64,000 bases of DNA from Lysobacterales bacterium (GTDB taxonomy: Bacteria; Pseudomonadota; Gammaproteobacteria; Xanthomonadales; Ahniellaceae), in the NCBI GenBank assembly GCA_038330365.1, contig JBBQNY010000001.1, forward strand, positions 3,665 through 67,664. The letters are read 5' to 3'. Both the position numbers and the translations under genes were made by a program. The notes under the pieces are model-generated. The model did not search any database. It was not told where the DNA came from and worked only from the letters and a program-made list of their open reading frames with translations. Shown in pieces: positions 8,013-18,270 of this stretch. Each line of letters begins with the position of its first letter. Positions within the stretch are counted from its first letter, which is position 1.

Positions 8013-9049
8013 CCGTGATGGATTCGGCGCATCAATCCGCGCACCACGCCCTGCACGCGTGCCCTTCCGGGCATGATGCGGCGCGGGGGAGCAGGCGGTG
8101 AATCGCTTTCCAGTACCAACAAGTCGCCGTCGTGGCGGAGCCGTCCGATCAGGTATTCGCTGTCGTCGATGGCGATGGCGACAAGATCGGACTCCACCGC
8201 TTCGACGCCCGCCGCAATCACCAGCAGATCACCCGTGTGGATTCGGAGATGCGCCCAGCGCTCGCCTTCTACGGAGAGCAGGAAGCCCTCGGGTATTGCG
8301 CCCATCCACGCGGGCAGGCGCAGCGATTCATAACGTCCCAGTGCCGACATGCGTCCGCTGGAGTCGACCCGACCCAGCCACGGCAGCCTGGCCTCCGGCA
8401 TCTCCCTGTTGCGTCGCAAGCGGACGCCCCGTTGCTTGCCCAGCATCGGCTCCACGAATCCCGCCTCCGTGAGGGCGACCACCTGCTTGTGCAAAGAGCC
8501 TCGCGATGCCAGGCCGAGCTCCGCGCATAGCTCAGCCAGTGTGGGCGCGCGCGATCCGTGCGTGCTGCGTGTCCTGAGATGTTCAAGTAACGCCTGCTGC
8601 CGGCGAGTGAGGGCGACACCGCCTTCGCCACTCGCAGGTTGCGGCGTGTGGGGACGCGGACGGCGGATTGGGTCGCCGGACCCGGGGGCATCCCGGTCTG
8701 CAACGGATGGATCGCCGGGAATCCCATTGCCCTCGAGCCGGGCTCGAGTATTCGCGGGCGGTATGGGGAGTTTCTCCGGTGCGGCGCTCTCGCTCTGGAC
8801 GGATGGCCGTGCGGATGCGCCTCGATCCGAAGACAGGTCAGCAGGCGGGCGGGTCGCGTCGTTCCCGCTGGCAGGGGCGCCTGCCGCCGGCACGGATTCC
8901 GCGGGCAGCTGCGATGCTGCTGGGCCCGACGTCCAGAGATCGAGCTGCGGGACGTCGCGGCGCCGACGCCGGCGCCGCGGCGGCGAATCGGGCGGCGGCG
9001 GCTTTGCGGTAGTCATTTTGAAAACCGACAAGGAACGAACGGGAAGCAT
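8009..9049 (-). CDS. LexA-like repressor homologue lacking the S24 catalytic dyad, with long Pro/Arg-rich N-terminal extension
   Basis: The C-terminal ~200 aa align by eye to LexA: wHTH LTRRQQALLEHL...APTLAELCAELGL...GKQRGVRL, then LPWLGRVDSSG, and a beta-domain ending VQGVVRGLMRR. The GMSM Ser motif reads GERW and the VKRL Lys reads IGRL. There is no in-frame ATG/GTG/TTG near the wHTH, so the start must be ATG 9049 or ATG 9016. Confidence 0.75.
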   Translation of the reverse strand: MLPVRSLSVFKMTTAKPPPPDSPPRRRRRRRDVPQLDLWTSGPAASQLPAESVPAAGAPASGNDATRPPADLSSDRGASARPSVQSESAAPEKLPIPPANTRARLEGNGIPGDPSVADRDAPGSGDPIRRPRPHTPQPASGEGGVALTRRQQALLEHLRTRSTHGSRAPTLAELCAELGLASRGSLHKQVVALTEAGFVEPMLGKQRGVRLRRNREMPEARLPWLGRVDSSGRMSALGRYESLRLPAWMGAIPEGFLLSVEGERWAHLRIHTGDLLVIAAGVEAVESDLVAIAIDDSEYLIGRLRHDGDLLVLESDSPPAPPRRIMPGRARVQGVVRGLMRRIHHG

Positions 9050-9257
9050 TGTACGCCGGCTCTCTCTTCCATTTCACGATTCCGAGCATCCGGTTCCCCA
9101 GCCGCCGCTTCGATCCACCCATTTCCGGTCTATCGGCATTGGGACGCTCTCCGGGTGGCTGCAAAAAATCATTCGTGATTTCCGCGCAAGCGCACTGTTG
9201 TCCGGAACGTGTTCATGGCGCGTTGCGTCGAGATATTCACGCCACACTCCCACACTT

Positions 9258-9283
9258 GTCATTCCCGGTTATTCGGGAATGAC
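9258..9283 (-). terminator. perfect 10-bp stem hairpin downstream of pbpC
   Basis: GTCATTCCCG-gttatt-CGGGAATGAC lies 33 nt past the pbpC stop. There is no clear U-tract, so it is a terminator or RNA-stability hairpin only. Confidence 0.35.
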
Positions 9284-9315
9284 GAGTGATCTTTGTTCCG
9301 GAGTCTGCAGACGCA

Positions 9316-11649
9316 TCAGCGTCCGCTGCTGGGCACCAGTCGGAAAGGCAGCCGCGCGAATCGTGACTGGGCGTCGATCGCCAACAGCTCACGTTCGCCC
9401 GTACCCGCCAGGCTCAACCGGAGCGTGCGCTCGGCCGGCAACCGCGCGACGTGTTTGCCATCCAGCAGCCAATCCACGGTTCCCGACGCGCCCAGCGCAC
9501 GTACTTCGATGCGTGGTTCACGGCCGCCGGGGGCGCGCACGAGTTCGGCGTTGGCCGGCAATCCGTCTATCGACAGCGAGTCCGATGGACCGGAACCACA
9601 GTCTTCGGTGCCCGTCCCGCGGCGACGATGCGGCGCCGGTACCCATGGCGCGAGTCGCGCCGGCCAGCTGACCTGCAACGGTACGCCGGCAGTGGATTCG
9701 CCCGAGCCTGCACAGGCTGAAGTAAGCAGCGGTCTTGCGCTGCGATCCTCGAAGGCAGCCAGCGTGGGTGGCGCGACCTGGTCCAGCAACCAGGCTTCCT
9801 GCCGCCGCAGGCACGCTCCGGCCGGCGTGTCGCTGGCGCGCAGGCCAAGCGGCCAGCAAATCTCGGTCTGAGACACCGCTGCGGGTCGCCCGCCAAACTG
9901 ACGGTGCTGACCCGGCATGCCATCCGCAATGGCGAAAAGAAGCGGCAGGGCCGTGATCGCGCCGTAATGGCCAGGAAGCGGAGAGCCATCCGGTCGCCCA
10001 ATCCAGACTCCGATCGTGTATTTGCCGGTGACGCCCAGTGCCCACGCATCACGGAATCCGAAACTGGTCCCCGTCTTCCATGCAAGATCCGGCCGTTGTC
10101 TCAGGTCCAGTCCGAGCAGCGCATCGCCGGGTCGTACGTGCGCCGCGAGGATGGAGCGTACGATCCAGGCGGCGCCCGGCGACAGCGCGCGCCGCTCAAT
10201 CCGGGGCTGGTCGACAAGCAGGCGTGGCGATCCTGCAAGGCCGTCGTGGCTGAGCGCGCGATAGGCCCCCGCCAGCTCTTCGAGCGTTGTCGCGGTGCCG
10301 CCGAGGACCAGCGAAAGATTCGGCCGCGCACCGCGCGGCAAGCGCAGGTGCACTCCTGCGTTCAACAGGCGGGACGCAAACGCCTCGGGGCCCACACGCG
10401 CCAGCAGATCGACCGCCGGCACGTTGAGCGAAAGGCGCAGCGCGTCGGCAGCGGCCACCGGGCCGTTGAATGTGTCAGCGAAGTTGGCCGGCCGGTAACC
10501 GTCGAATGACTGCGGCACGTCCGCCAGCAGGCTCTGCGAGTGGATCAGCCCTTCTTCGAGTGCCATTCCATAGACGAAGGGTTTGAGGGTGGAACCGGGC
10601 GAGCGATGTGCCCGGACCATGTCGACGTGGCCCAGACGATCAGGATCGGCGAACGAGCCCGATCCGATGTACGCGCGGACGCCTAGATCGTCATTGTCGA
10701 GCACGATCACCGCAGCGGAGGTCTGTATCGGCATCGGTTCGATGTAGTTGCCGACTTTTTCCTCGAGCTCGCGTTGCAGCGAGGCATCGATCAGCGTGCG
10801 TATGACGCGCCGCCCTGGCAGCGCGCTATGCAGCCGCTGCGCCAGCAGGGCCGCGGAACGGGGCGGACGCAAGCGCCGCGCCGCCACAATCTCCTGGCGC
10901 GCGGAAGCAATCTGGTCCGTCGACCAGACCTGTTGCAACTCCAGTCGGCCAAGCACCTTGTCGCGCGCCTGCTGCGCAGCTGCGGCATGGCGATCCGGGC
11001 GCAAGCGACTGGGTGCCTGTGGCAGCACGGCGAGCAGCGCTGCCTCGGAATGACTGAGCTGCCGCGCCGGCTTGCCGAGATAGGCCCAGGACGCAGCTTC
11101 AACTCCCTGGACCGTACCGCCGAACGGCGCGAGATTGAGATAGAGCTCGAGGATCCGGTCCTTGCGCAGGCGCCGCTCGATCTGCAGCGCCCGGAGCATC
11201 TGGCGGAACTTCCCGGACACGCTCCGCGGTGCCGGATCGATCAGCCGCGCCACCTGCATGGTCAGCGTCGATCCTCCCGACACAACCTCGCCGTGTTGGA
11301 TCGCCTGCGCCAACGCACGCACCATCGACAGAGGGTTGATACCCGGATGCGTGCGGAACCAGCGGTCCTCATAGCCCAGGAGGGCCTCGACATACAGCGG
11401 CGAGACGTCTTCGACCGACACGGGATAACGCCAGATCCCCCCGGATGCCGCGAAGGCGCGCAGCGGCGTGCCGTCCCGCGCGAGAACGATGGTCGCCCCC
11501 TCACGGCGCACGTCGGGGATCGGAGGCGGAAAGATCTGGTCACAGACCAGCGCCACCGCCAGCAGCATCGCCGTCACTGCGATAAAGCGCCGCCAACGGC
11601 GGATGCGCGTCTTTATCTGCGCGGGCACGGAGGTCGGCAGGTGGGACAC
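9316..11649 (-). CDS. pbpC: penicillin-binding protein 1C (transglycosylase/transpeptidase)
   Basis: 777 aa with a GTG start and an N-terminal TM anchor. Transglycosylase motif GGSTLTMQVARL, transpeptidase SxxK (GSTLKPF). It lies directly downstream of an alpha-2-macroglobulin gene, as in E. coli yfhM-pbpC. Confidence 0.93.
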   Translation of the reverse strand: MSHLPTSVPAQIKTRIRRWRRFIAVTAMLLAVALVCDQIFPPPIPDVRREGATIVLARDGTPLRAFAASGGIWRYPVSVEDVSPLYVEALLGYEDRWFRTHPGINPLSMVRALAQAIQHGEVVSGGSTLTMQVARLIDPAPRSVSGKFRQMLRALQIERRLRKDRILELYLNLAPFGGTVQGVEAASWAYLGKPARQLSHSEAALLAVLPQAPSRLRPDRHAAAAQQARDKVLGRLELQQVWSTDQIASARQEIVAARRLRPPRSAALLAQRLHSALPGRRVIRTLIDASLQRELEEKVGNYIEPMPIQTSAAVIVLDNDDLGVRAYIGSGSFADPDRLGHVDMVRAHRSPGSTLKPFVYGMALEEGLIHSQSLLADVPQSFDGYRPANFADTFNGPVAAADALRLSLNVPAVDLLARVGPEAFASRLLNAGVHLRLPRGARPNLSLVLGGTATTLEELAGAYRALSHDGLAGSPRLLVDQPRIERRALSPGAAWIVRSILAAHVRPGDALLGLDLRQRPDLAWKTGTSFGFRDAWALGVTGKYTIGVWIGRPDGSPLPGHYGAITALPLLFAIADGMPGQHRQFGGRPAAVSQTEICWPLGLRASDTPAGACLRRQEAWLLDQVAPPTLAAFEDRSARPLLTSACAGSGESTAGVPLQVSWPARLAPWVPAPHRRRGTGTEDCGSGPSDSLSIDGLPANAELVRAPGGREPRIEVRALGASGTVDWLLDGKHVARLPAERTLRLSLAGTGERELLAIDAQSRFARLPFRLVPSSGR

Positions 11650-11668
11650 GGTCGTCGGCTACGCCCCG

Positions 11669-14600
11669 TCAGGGCGGCACGATCTCGATCGTCGCGCTGG
11701 CGACGCTTCCCACTGCCCTCAGCTCTGGCCGGTACATGTCTTCGAACATGGGCGGTGGGTTGACGAACACGCCCGGCGAGACCGCGCGCACCAGGTAGAC
11801 CAGTTGCTTCGTGCTACCGGGCCAGAGTTCCACGGCCGCAACGAAGCGGTCGTCCCGATATTCGGAATAGCGGACGTCGCCGGACGCCAGCGCATCGGCG
11901 ACGGAAGTGCCTTCGATCTCGACCTCCTGCCATTGCGCAGGATCAACCAGGTTGAGGTTTTCCGCTTCCAGTCCGCCGGGCAGAAGGTCAGTCACCAACC
12001 CGTCGCGGATGCGTTGCGCCGAATCCAGCGTGAGTCGGACCAGCAGTGCCTCGCCTTCATGCAGCGCCTTGCCATCGTAGGGTTTGCCATCGGTCCGGAA
12101 CCACTCGCGCTTGATCGACATGGCCGCCGATGAGGTCGGCTCGAAACGTGCCGGCACGCCCGCGGTATCGATGCTCGCGTACAGCGGACCGCTGCCTTCG
12201 GGCACAACGCGCAGGGCGCCCGCATTGCCCGCCCGGGCCGTTGCCGTGATGAGGCTGGATGCGACCACAGCGCCCGGCCCCTCCGCGCCCGTGATGACAG
12301 CGTTGATCGGCGCGCGCTCGGACGCCAGTGCAAGACCGAGACGGAACAGCGCCGTCTGTTCCTGGGTGGACAGATACAGTTTCCCGGACGAGCCGCGGCC
12401 GCCGGCGAGATCGCGCGCAAGCTCGATCGCGCTTGCATCGAACGCGGGGCGTCCGAGTTTGTGCTGGTGGGTCAAGGCGATCATGAGTGCCGTGTCGCGC
12501 AGAGGGCTGCCGTAATCGCCGAGCCAGACGCTTTCGGCTCGCCGGGGCGCCTTGAACGCCTCTTCCAGGGCCTTGGCACCGCGCTCTCGATCACCCTGCA
12601 GACTGAGCGCGATGCCAAGGTGGACCAGCGGCAGCCCCGACTTGAGCTTGCCGCGCTCGTTGTCGAAGATCGCGCGCAGCGTGCCGAGTGGCGCGCGCTG
12701 CACCCGGGCGAGAACGTAGGCCCCGTAGGCCATTTCGGCGACGCGCAGGTGTGCCGCGGATTCCGCGGCCTCGTAGTGCGGGCGTCCGCCGCCGAGCAGA
12801 TCGCCCAGGATCCGGTCCAGCGCCTTGACCAGCACCGGCTCTGGAATCGCGAATCCGGCGTCGCGGGCATTGAGCATGAGCTCGACGATGTAGGGCGTCA
12901 GCCATGGCGCGGCTTCGCTCTCGCCGGGCCAGAACGAAAAATGCCCGCTGCCGTTCTGCATCGCCGACAGTCGCCCGAACGCATCGGCCAACTGGGCGCG
13001 CCGCACTTCCATGTCGCGCGCAGGCAAACCGAATCGTGTCGCGGCCTTTTCATCGAGCCAGATCAGCGGGTACGCGCGGCTGGATGTCTGCTCCGCACAA
13101 CCGTACGGATAGTCGATGAGACCTTCGAGCGCGGCGGTGAAGGGCAGGGGCGGCAGGGTTCCGACAGAGATCCGGGCCGTGACCGAATCCGGCACGAAGC
13201 CGCTCAGCAGTGACGGATCAACTGAGATGGGAGCGGCTTCCTCGAGCACCCGCACGGCGCTGCGGCGCACATTCGGCCACGGCGGGCGTATCGCGATCCG
13301 GTACACGCGATCCAGATCAACGCCCGGCCCCGTTGCCTCGACGTGCAGCACGCCGACCCCGAAACTGCCGTTGGCGCGCAGCGCGTAGCCGAGCGTGGTG
13401 CGTTCGCCCTCCTTCAGTGCCACGACTTTTTCGCTGCCGTCCACAGCTACCGGGCCTTCGGCTCGCACACGTACGCGATAACGCGCGTCGGCTCCGGAAA
13501 GATTGGTCAGATCGAGCGTGAAGCGACTGCGGTCCCCCATCGCCAGTACCCGGGGCAGGCTCGCCTCCGCCACCAGCGGCGCGCGCACGATGGTTTCGGT
13601 CGCGGCCGAGCCGAAGCGATCTGCAGCGAATACCAGCGCGCTGACACGCAGCGTGCCATTGAAGTCAGGCACTGCGAGCTTGACCGTTGCGGCGCCGCGC
13701 GCGTCGAGTTTCACGGGCGCGTTGAACAGATCGACCGTGCGCAGCTCGGTGTTCGGGCGCCGCCCCTGCGGCAGCGCCGGCAGGGCGGCATCACCGCCGA
13801 AGCGCAGTCGTGCCTGGCGGCCATCGAGGGACTCGATTACGCGGCCATAGAGGTCGTAAGCCTGCGTCGCGAGGCCGCGTCTACCGAAGAACCAGTCCGC
13901 GGCATCGGGTACTGGATAGCGCGTGAGATTGACGACACCTAGATCCGCCGCCACCACGCGCATCTGGGCGGTGTGCCCGGCCAGTGCGGGCGCGGCGACA
14001 CTGACCTGCATGTTGCGCTGCGGTCGCATGGTGGCCGCAGCGCGGATACCCACCGCGACGCGGCGGTCTGATCGCGCGAGCGGCACGTGCACGATGCCTA
14101 CAGAGCGGTTTGGGGTAACCCGGTCGACGCTCGAGCCGGGACGGAAAACGATGGCCGTGAGATAGAGATCGTGACGTTGCCACTCGGGCTTGATGGGAAT
14201 ATCCACCACCGCGCCCGCCTTGACCTGCAGTGTGCGGCTCCACAGCAGATGATCGCCCTCGAGGAGAAGCAGCGCGGAGCCGGCGTGCGGCGGTGTAATC
14301 GTGACGCGCGCGGTCTGCTCGGCCACATAACTCACGCGGTCCAGCGCCAGCTTGACCTTGTCGGGTCGCGCCTCTGCGCCGATGTTCTGGTTGTCCCAGC
14401 CCCAGCCGGCATTGAATGGCAGGCGCGTGACGAGCCTCGTCGCTGGATCGACGACCTCGATGCGATATCCGCCCCACTCGACGGGCAGATCGAGCTGGCC
14501 GCGGCCGCCGGCAGCGAACGAGAGCTTCTGCTCGCTTGCCTGCTCGAAACGCGCGGTGTAGTCCGAGCGCCAACCACTGCCTTCGACGTGAGTCCAGTGC

Positions 14601-16555
14601 CAGTCGCGCCGCTCGCGGATCAACCGGACAACGAGGTCCTTTGCCTCCAGCAACTCGCCCGCCACGTTGCTTCGAATCACCTCGAAGCTGGCCTTGCCGT
14701 TGGCCGGCGATCCGTCATCCAGATCAAACCTCGGGCGGATGCCGATCAGTTCGGTGGCCGGCCACACGCTGCGCTTCAGAACCCGGTTGACCGCACGACC
14801 ACCGGATTCGAAAACGCTGCCGGTGACCGCAAGTGCGACCGGCCCTGTCAGTGGAGTGTCTTGCAGTGGAATGGTTTCAAGGCCGGCGTGTCCACTGGTG
14901 TCCAGCTTGCCGTCGAACAGCTCCACCGGATCCTTCGGAAGTTGCATGAGCGCATCACCGAAATAGAAATCACGGTGAACATCGATCGCGTGCTGATCCG
15001 GAACGGCAACGAGTTTTGCGACGAAGCGGTTGCCACCCGCTGGCGCGCCATAGAGATAGTCGGCCTGGACCTCGATCTTGAGCGGCATCTTTGCGGCGAG
15101 CGGCGCCGTGTCGCTGTCCAGGTTGAGCTTCAGGCGCTCCGGCAGGAATTCTTCGACCCGAAATGCAAACGACTGGCCTTTTTCCGGTTTGCCCGGATCG
15201 GGGCTGAGTTCGAGTCTCCAGCGTCCCGTCGGCGCGTCGAGCGCAACGGTCTCCACAAATTCGAAATAGCCCAGGGCTTCGGGATCCAGCCGCCGGGTCG
15301 ACCGCAGCCGCCCGTCGGGCTGGCGCAGCGTTGCGAACAGGGACTGCGGCCGCACGCTGGCGCCATCCCCATCACGCATCAGGGCGGATACGCGCAGCGA
15401 CTCCCCCGGCCGGAACAGGTCCCGGCTCGACCAGGCGAATACGTCGATGTCGGTGTGACGGCGACCATCGATCGGAAATTCGGACAGGTCCAGGGCCGGC
15501 TGCGTGAACGACAGCATGGAGAAATCACTGCCTTGCGTTGCGCTCAGCAACTTCGCATCGCCGACCTTGTGAGCGAAGCGCGCCAGTCCGTGCACGTCGG
15601 TCGTCGCGCGTTCGATCCTGCCTGCCGCAAGCCGCAACTCCAGCGTGACGCCACCCTGGGGTCGGCCCGTCTTCAGCGATGCCGCGTGCAGCAGCATCGA
15701 ATCGGCATAGGCACGCACGTGCAGACCGATGTCCGACACCATGAACATCGAGGTCTCGAAACTGCCGTCGAAACGGCCCGCCTGCTTCATCACCGCGAAG
15801 TAGACGCCCGCTTTCGCGAGCTCCGGAATGTCGCGCACGGGCAGGTGACTGACGCCGCGTTCGTTGCGTGGCGTGTCGATCACGAAACGATTGGTGTAGA
15901 CGGACTCCGCCCATTTCGGCAGCTCCTCCAGTTGCCAGTAGCCGCGTTCGCCATTGCTGGCGTATTCGTCCACGAACTGCGCCAGCTGACCGTCGCGAAC
16001 GCGGAAGAACTCCACGTCGACTTCGGGCACATTGATGCTGATTACGGGAATGCCGCGCGACTCGTGAGTGGGCAGAATGCTTCCCTGACTGGCGAATCCC
16101 ACCAGCGACTGCACGTCACCGACGTCGATTACGTGATCGAACCCCTCAAGCGGCTTGCCCTGCGCGGACGCAAGCCCGGCTTTGGCGATCACCCGATACT
16201 TCTGATTGGGCTCCACGAACGGAAAGCGCAACACCCGTCCGCTTTCATCCAGCGACCAGCTTCCCTTGACCGCTCCGCCGTCAACCTCGGTGGTCTGCAG
16301 CAGCGCATCGAAGTTCTGGGTGGAGGCAAGCTTCTGTGAAAATTTCAGGGCGAGGCCGGGGCGGCCGTCGAATGATTCGGATTCGGCCTTTTCGAGCTTG
16401 AACGGAGCGGACACCGCAGCGGTGGATTGGGTCTCGCCGGCGCCGGCGTCCGTTCCGGCCGGGGCCGCCTTGTCGCGCGAACACCCGGCGAGAAGCGCGA
16501 CCAGCAGCAGACCGGGCAGGAGGCTTGAGCGAAAACTCATTGCGGGTTGTTCCAT
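11669..16555 (-). CDS. yfhM: bacterial alpha-2-macroglobulin family lipoprotein
   Basis: 1628 aa. Lipobox LLVALLAGCS. Thioester motif GCAEQ (CAEQ codons at 13088..13099). Size and the pbpC neighbour are typical. An alternative ATG lies at 16540. Confidence 0.93.
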   Translation of the reverse strand: MEQPAMSFRSSLLPGLLLVALLAGCSRDKAAPAGTDAGAGETQSTAAVSAPFKLEKAESESFDGRPGLALKFSQKLASTQNFDALLQTTEVDGGAVKGSWSLDESGRVLRFPFVEPNQKYRVIAKAGLASAQGKPLEGFDHVIDVGDVQSLVGFASQGSILPTHESRGIPVISINVPEVDVEFFRVRDGQLAQFVDEYASNGERGYWQLEELPKWAESVYTNRFVIDTPRNERGVSHLPVRDIPELAKAGVYFAVMKQAGRFDGSFETSMFMVSDIGLHVRAYADSMLLHAASLKTGRPQGGVTLELRLAAGRIERATTDVHGLARFAHKVGDAKLLSATQGSDFSMLSFTQPALDLSEFPIDGRRHTDIDVFAWSSRDLFRPGESLRVSALMRDGDGASVRPQSLFATLRQPDGRLRSTRRLDPEALGYFEFVETVALDAPTGRWRLELSPDPGKPEKGQSFAFRVEEFLPERLKLNLDSDTAPLAAKMPLKIEVQADYLYGAPAGGNRFVAKLVAVPDQHAIDVHRDFYFGDALMQLPKDPVELFDGKLDTSGHAGLETIPLQDTPLTGPVALAVTGSVFESGGRAVNRVLKRSVWPATELIGIRPRFDLDDGSPANGKASFEVIRSNVAGELLEAKDLVVRLIRERRDWHWTHVEGSGWRSDYTARFEQASEQKLSFAAGGRGQLDLPVEWGGYRIEVVDPATRLVTRLPFNAGWGWDNQNIGAEARPDKVKLALDRVSYVAEQTARVTITPPHAGSALLLLEGDHLLWSRTLQVKAGAVVDIPIKPEWQRHDLYLTAIVFRPGSSVDRVTPNRSVGIVHVPLARSDRRVAVGIRAAATMRPQRNMQVSVAAPALAGHTAQMRVVAADLGVVNLTRYPVPDAADWFFGRRGLATQAYDLYGRVIESLDGRQARLRFGGDAALPALPQGRRPNTELRTVDLFNAPVKLDARGAATVKLAVPDFNGTLRVSALVFAADRFGSAATETIVRAPLVAEASLPRVLAMGDRSRFTLDLTNLSGADARYRVRVRAEGPVAVDGSEKVVALKEGERTTLGYALRANGSFGVGVLHVEATGPGVDLDRVYRIAIRPPWPNVRRSAVRVLEEAAPISVDPSLLSGFVPDSVTARISVGTLPPLPFTAALEGLIDYPYGCAEQTSSRAYPLIWLDEKAATRFGLPARDMEVRRAQLADAFGRLSAMQNGSGHFSFWPGESEAAPWLTPYIVELMLNARDAGFAIPEPVLVKALDRILGDLLGGGRPHYEAAESAAHLRVAEMAYGAYVLARVQRAPLGTLRAIFDNERGKLKSGLPLVHLGIALSLQGDRERGAKALEEAFKAPRRAESVWLGDYGSPLRDTALMIALTHQHKLGRPAFDASAIELARDLAGGRGSSGKLYLSTQEQTALFRLGLALASERAPINAVITGAEGPGAVVASSLITATARAGNAGALRVVPEGSGPLYASIDTAGVPARFEPTSSAAMSIKREWFRTDGKPYDGKALHEGEALLVRLTLDSAQRIRDGLVTDLLPGGLEAENLNLVDPAQWQEVEIEGTSVADALASGDVRYSEYRDDRFVAAVELWPGSTKQLVYLVRAVSPGVFVNPPPMFEDMYRPELRAVGSVASATIEIVPP

Positions 16556-16752
16556 GCCGGACTGCGGCGCAGTATAGGTCGCCGGCGCGGCTGACCGCGG
16601 GCCGTTTCAAGGCTGATTCCGGTGCTTCGAATGGCGTGCAAGGGTCAGCGGGCCAACGCGCGCGCAGTGCAGGCAAGGCACGCGCTGCTTCATGCACGCA
16701 TTCATCGCACCCGATGAAGTGAGATGGGCACGTCACAGCTCCGGGCGACGTC

Positions 16753-18186
16753 TTGACTCGAATTCACTGGTTCCGGCGCGACCTGCGCCTTCGCGACAAT
16801 GCCGCGTTTGCAGCAGCGTGCAGTGGCGCGGATCGCCTGGCATGCGTTTACGTGCACGCCCCGGGCGAGGAGGCACCCTGGCAGCCGGGAGCGGCCAGCC
16901 GATGGTGGCTGCAGCGCTCGCTGTCGGCGCTCGACGCTGCGCTGCGACGGCGCGGCAATTCGCTCCTGATCCTGCGGGGGCCGAGCGCACAGGCTCTCGA
17001 AAATCTGGCTCGCGGGATCGGTGCGGAGCGCGTGTACGCGACGGCTCTCGTCGACCCTGCAGCCAGGCTGCGCGATCGGAGCGTGCGGGACGCGCTCTCC
17101 GATTGCAGCATCGAGCTGGTCCTGCACACTCCGGATCTGCTGCGCGATCCGGACTTGTTCCGAAGCGGTAGCGGCACGCCGTATCGCGTATTCACTCCGT
17201 TCTGGAAGGCATTGCGTCGAGATCTTGCCGAGGTGCCGGCGCGGCCAGCTCCCGAACGGTTGCCCCGGCCCGATGAGCGCGCGGGTGCGGGGGTGACGCT
17301 CGAGTCGCTCGGGCTGCAGCCTGCAATCGAGTGGGATCGTGGGCTCCGCGCCAACTGGGCGCCGGGAGAGGTCGCAGCGCACGCGCAGCTGGACGAATTT
17401 CTGCAGGATGAGGTAGCCCGTTACGCCGTGGATCGCAATCGCCCGGACCTGCCCGGCACTTCGAGACTTTCGCCGCATCTGCATTTCGGTGAGATCACGC
17501 CCGGCCAGATCGTGCGCGCGATGGTGGCTGGCGCGGGGATGGAGCGTCATGAGTCCTTCCTGCGCGAAATCGGCTGGCGCGAATTCAGCCATCACCTGCT
17601 GTGGCATTTCCCGCATACGAGCGATGCACCGATGGATGCCCGATTTGCGGCGTTTCCGTGGCAGGAGCCGCCCGATCCCGAGCAGCTGAAAGCGTGGCAA
17701 CAGGGTCGTACCGGCGTGCCGATCGTCGACGCCGGCATGCGCGAGCTCTGGCAGACCGGCTGGATGCACGGTCGTGTGCGGATGCTGGTCGCTTCCTTCC
17801 TGACCAAGAACCTTCGCCTGCACTGGCTACACGGTGCACGCTGGTTCTGGGACACGCTGGTGGACGCCGATCTTGCCAACAACAGCGCGGGCTGGCAGTG
17901 GGTCGCGGGATCGGGCGCCGACGCCGCGCCGTACTTCCGGATCTTCAATCCTGTCCTGCAGGGCACGCGTTTCGACCCGCGCGGGGATTACGTGCGGCGC
18001 TGGGTTCCCGAACTCGCCAACGTTCCGTCGAAGCACATCCATGCGCCCTGGATGATGGTCGAGGAGGAACTGCACGCATGCGCAATTGCCGGCACGGTTT
18101 ACGCGCGACCGCTGCTCGACCTGGCAAGCAGCCGTCGGGCCGCGCTGGCCGCCTATGACAAGGTGCGCTTGTTACCGCGCGGCTAG
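16753..18186 (+). CDS. phrB: deoxyribodipyrimidine photolyase
   Basis: TTG start giving MTRIHWFRRDLRLRDNAAF. WREFSHHLL, GWMHGRVRM and NSAGWQWVAGSGADAAPYFRIFNP are photolyase/cryptochrome signatures. Confidence 0.93.
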   Translation: MTRIHWFRRDLRLRDNAAFAAACSGADRLACVYVHAPGEEAPWQPGAASRWWLQRSLSALDAALRRRGNSLLILRGPSAQALENLARGIGAERVYATALVDPAARLRDRSVRDALSDCSIELVLHTPDLLRDPDLFRSGSGTPYRVFTPFWKALRRDLAEVPARPAPERLPRPDERAGAGVTLESLGLQPAIEWDRGLRANWAPGEVAAHAQLDEFLQDEVARYAVDRNRPDLPGTSRLSPHLHFGEITPGQIVRAMVAGAGMERHESFLREIGWREFSHHLLWHFPHTSDAPMDARFAAFPWQEPPDPEQLKAWQQGRTGVPIVDAGMRELWQTGWMHGRVRMLVASFLTKNLRLHWLHGARWFWDTLVDADLANNSAGWQWVAGSGADAAPYFRIFNPVLQGTRFDPRGDYVRRWVPELANVPSKHIHAPWMMVEEELHACAIAGTVYARPLLDLASSRRAALAAYDKVRLLPRG

Positions 18187-18270
18187 GGTGCTCCGGCGCC
18201 CTGTTCAAGTCGCACCGCGACTTGCACGGTCGGCGGGATTACCATCGGGTCACGACAGGGGAGTGCTTGG

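Noticed and set aside
9195-9216. GAAC-gt-GTTC and CTGT-N8-ACGT motifs upstream of the LexA-like gene as candidate operators
   Set aside because: The spacing does not fit the Cheo box (GAAC-N4-GTTC), and the gamma-type SOS box is only half matched. There is no second copy in the window to support a motif.
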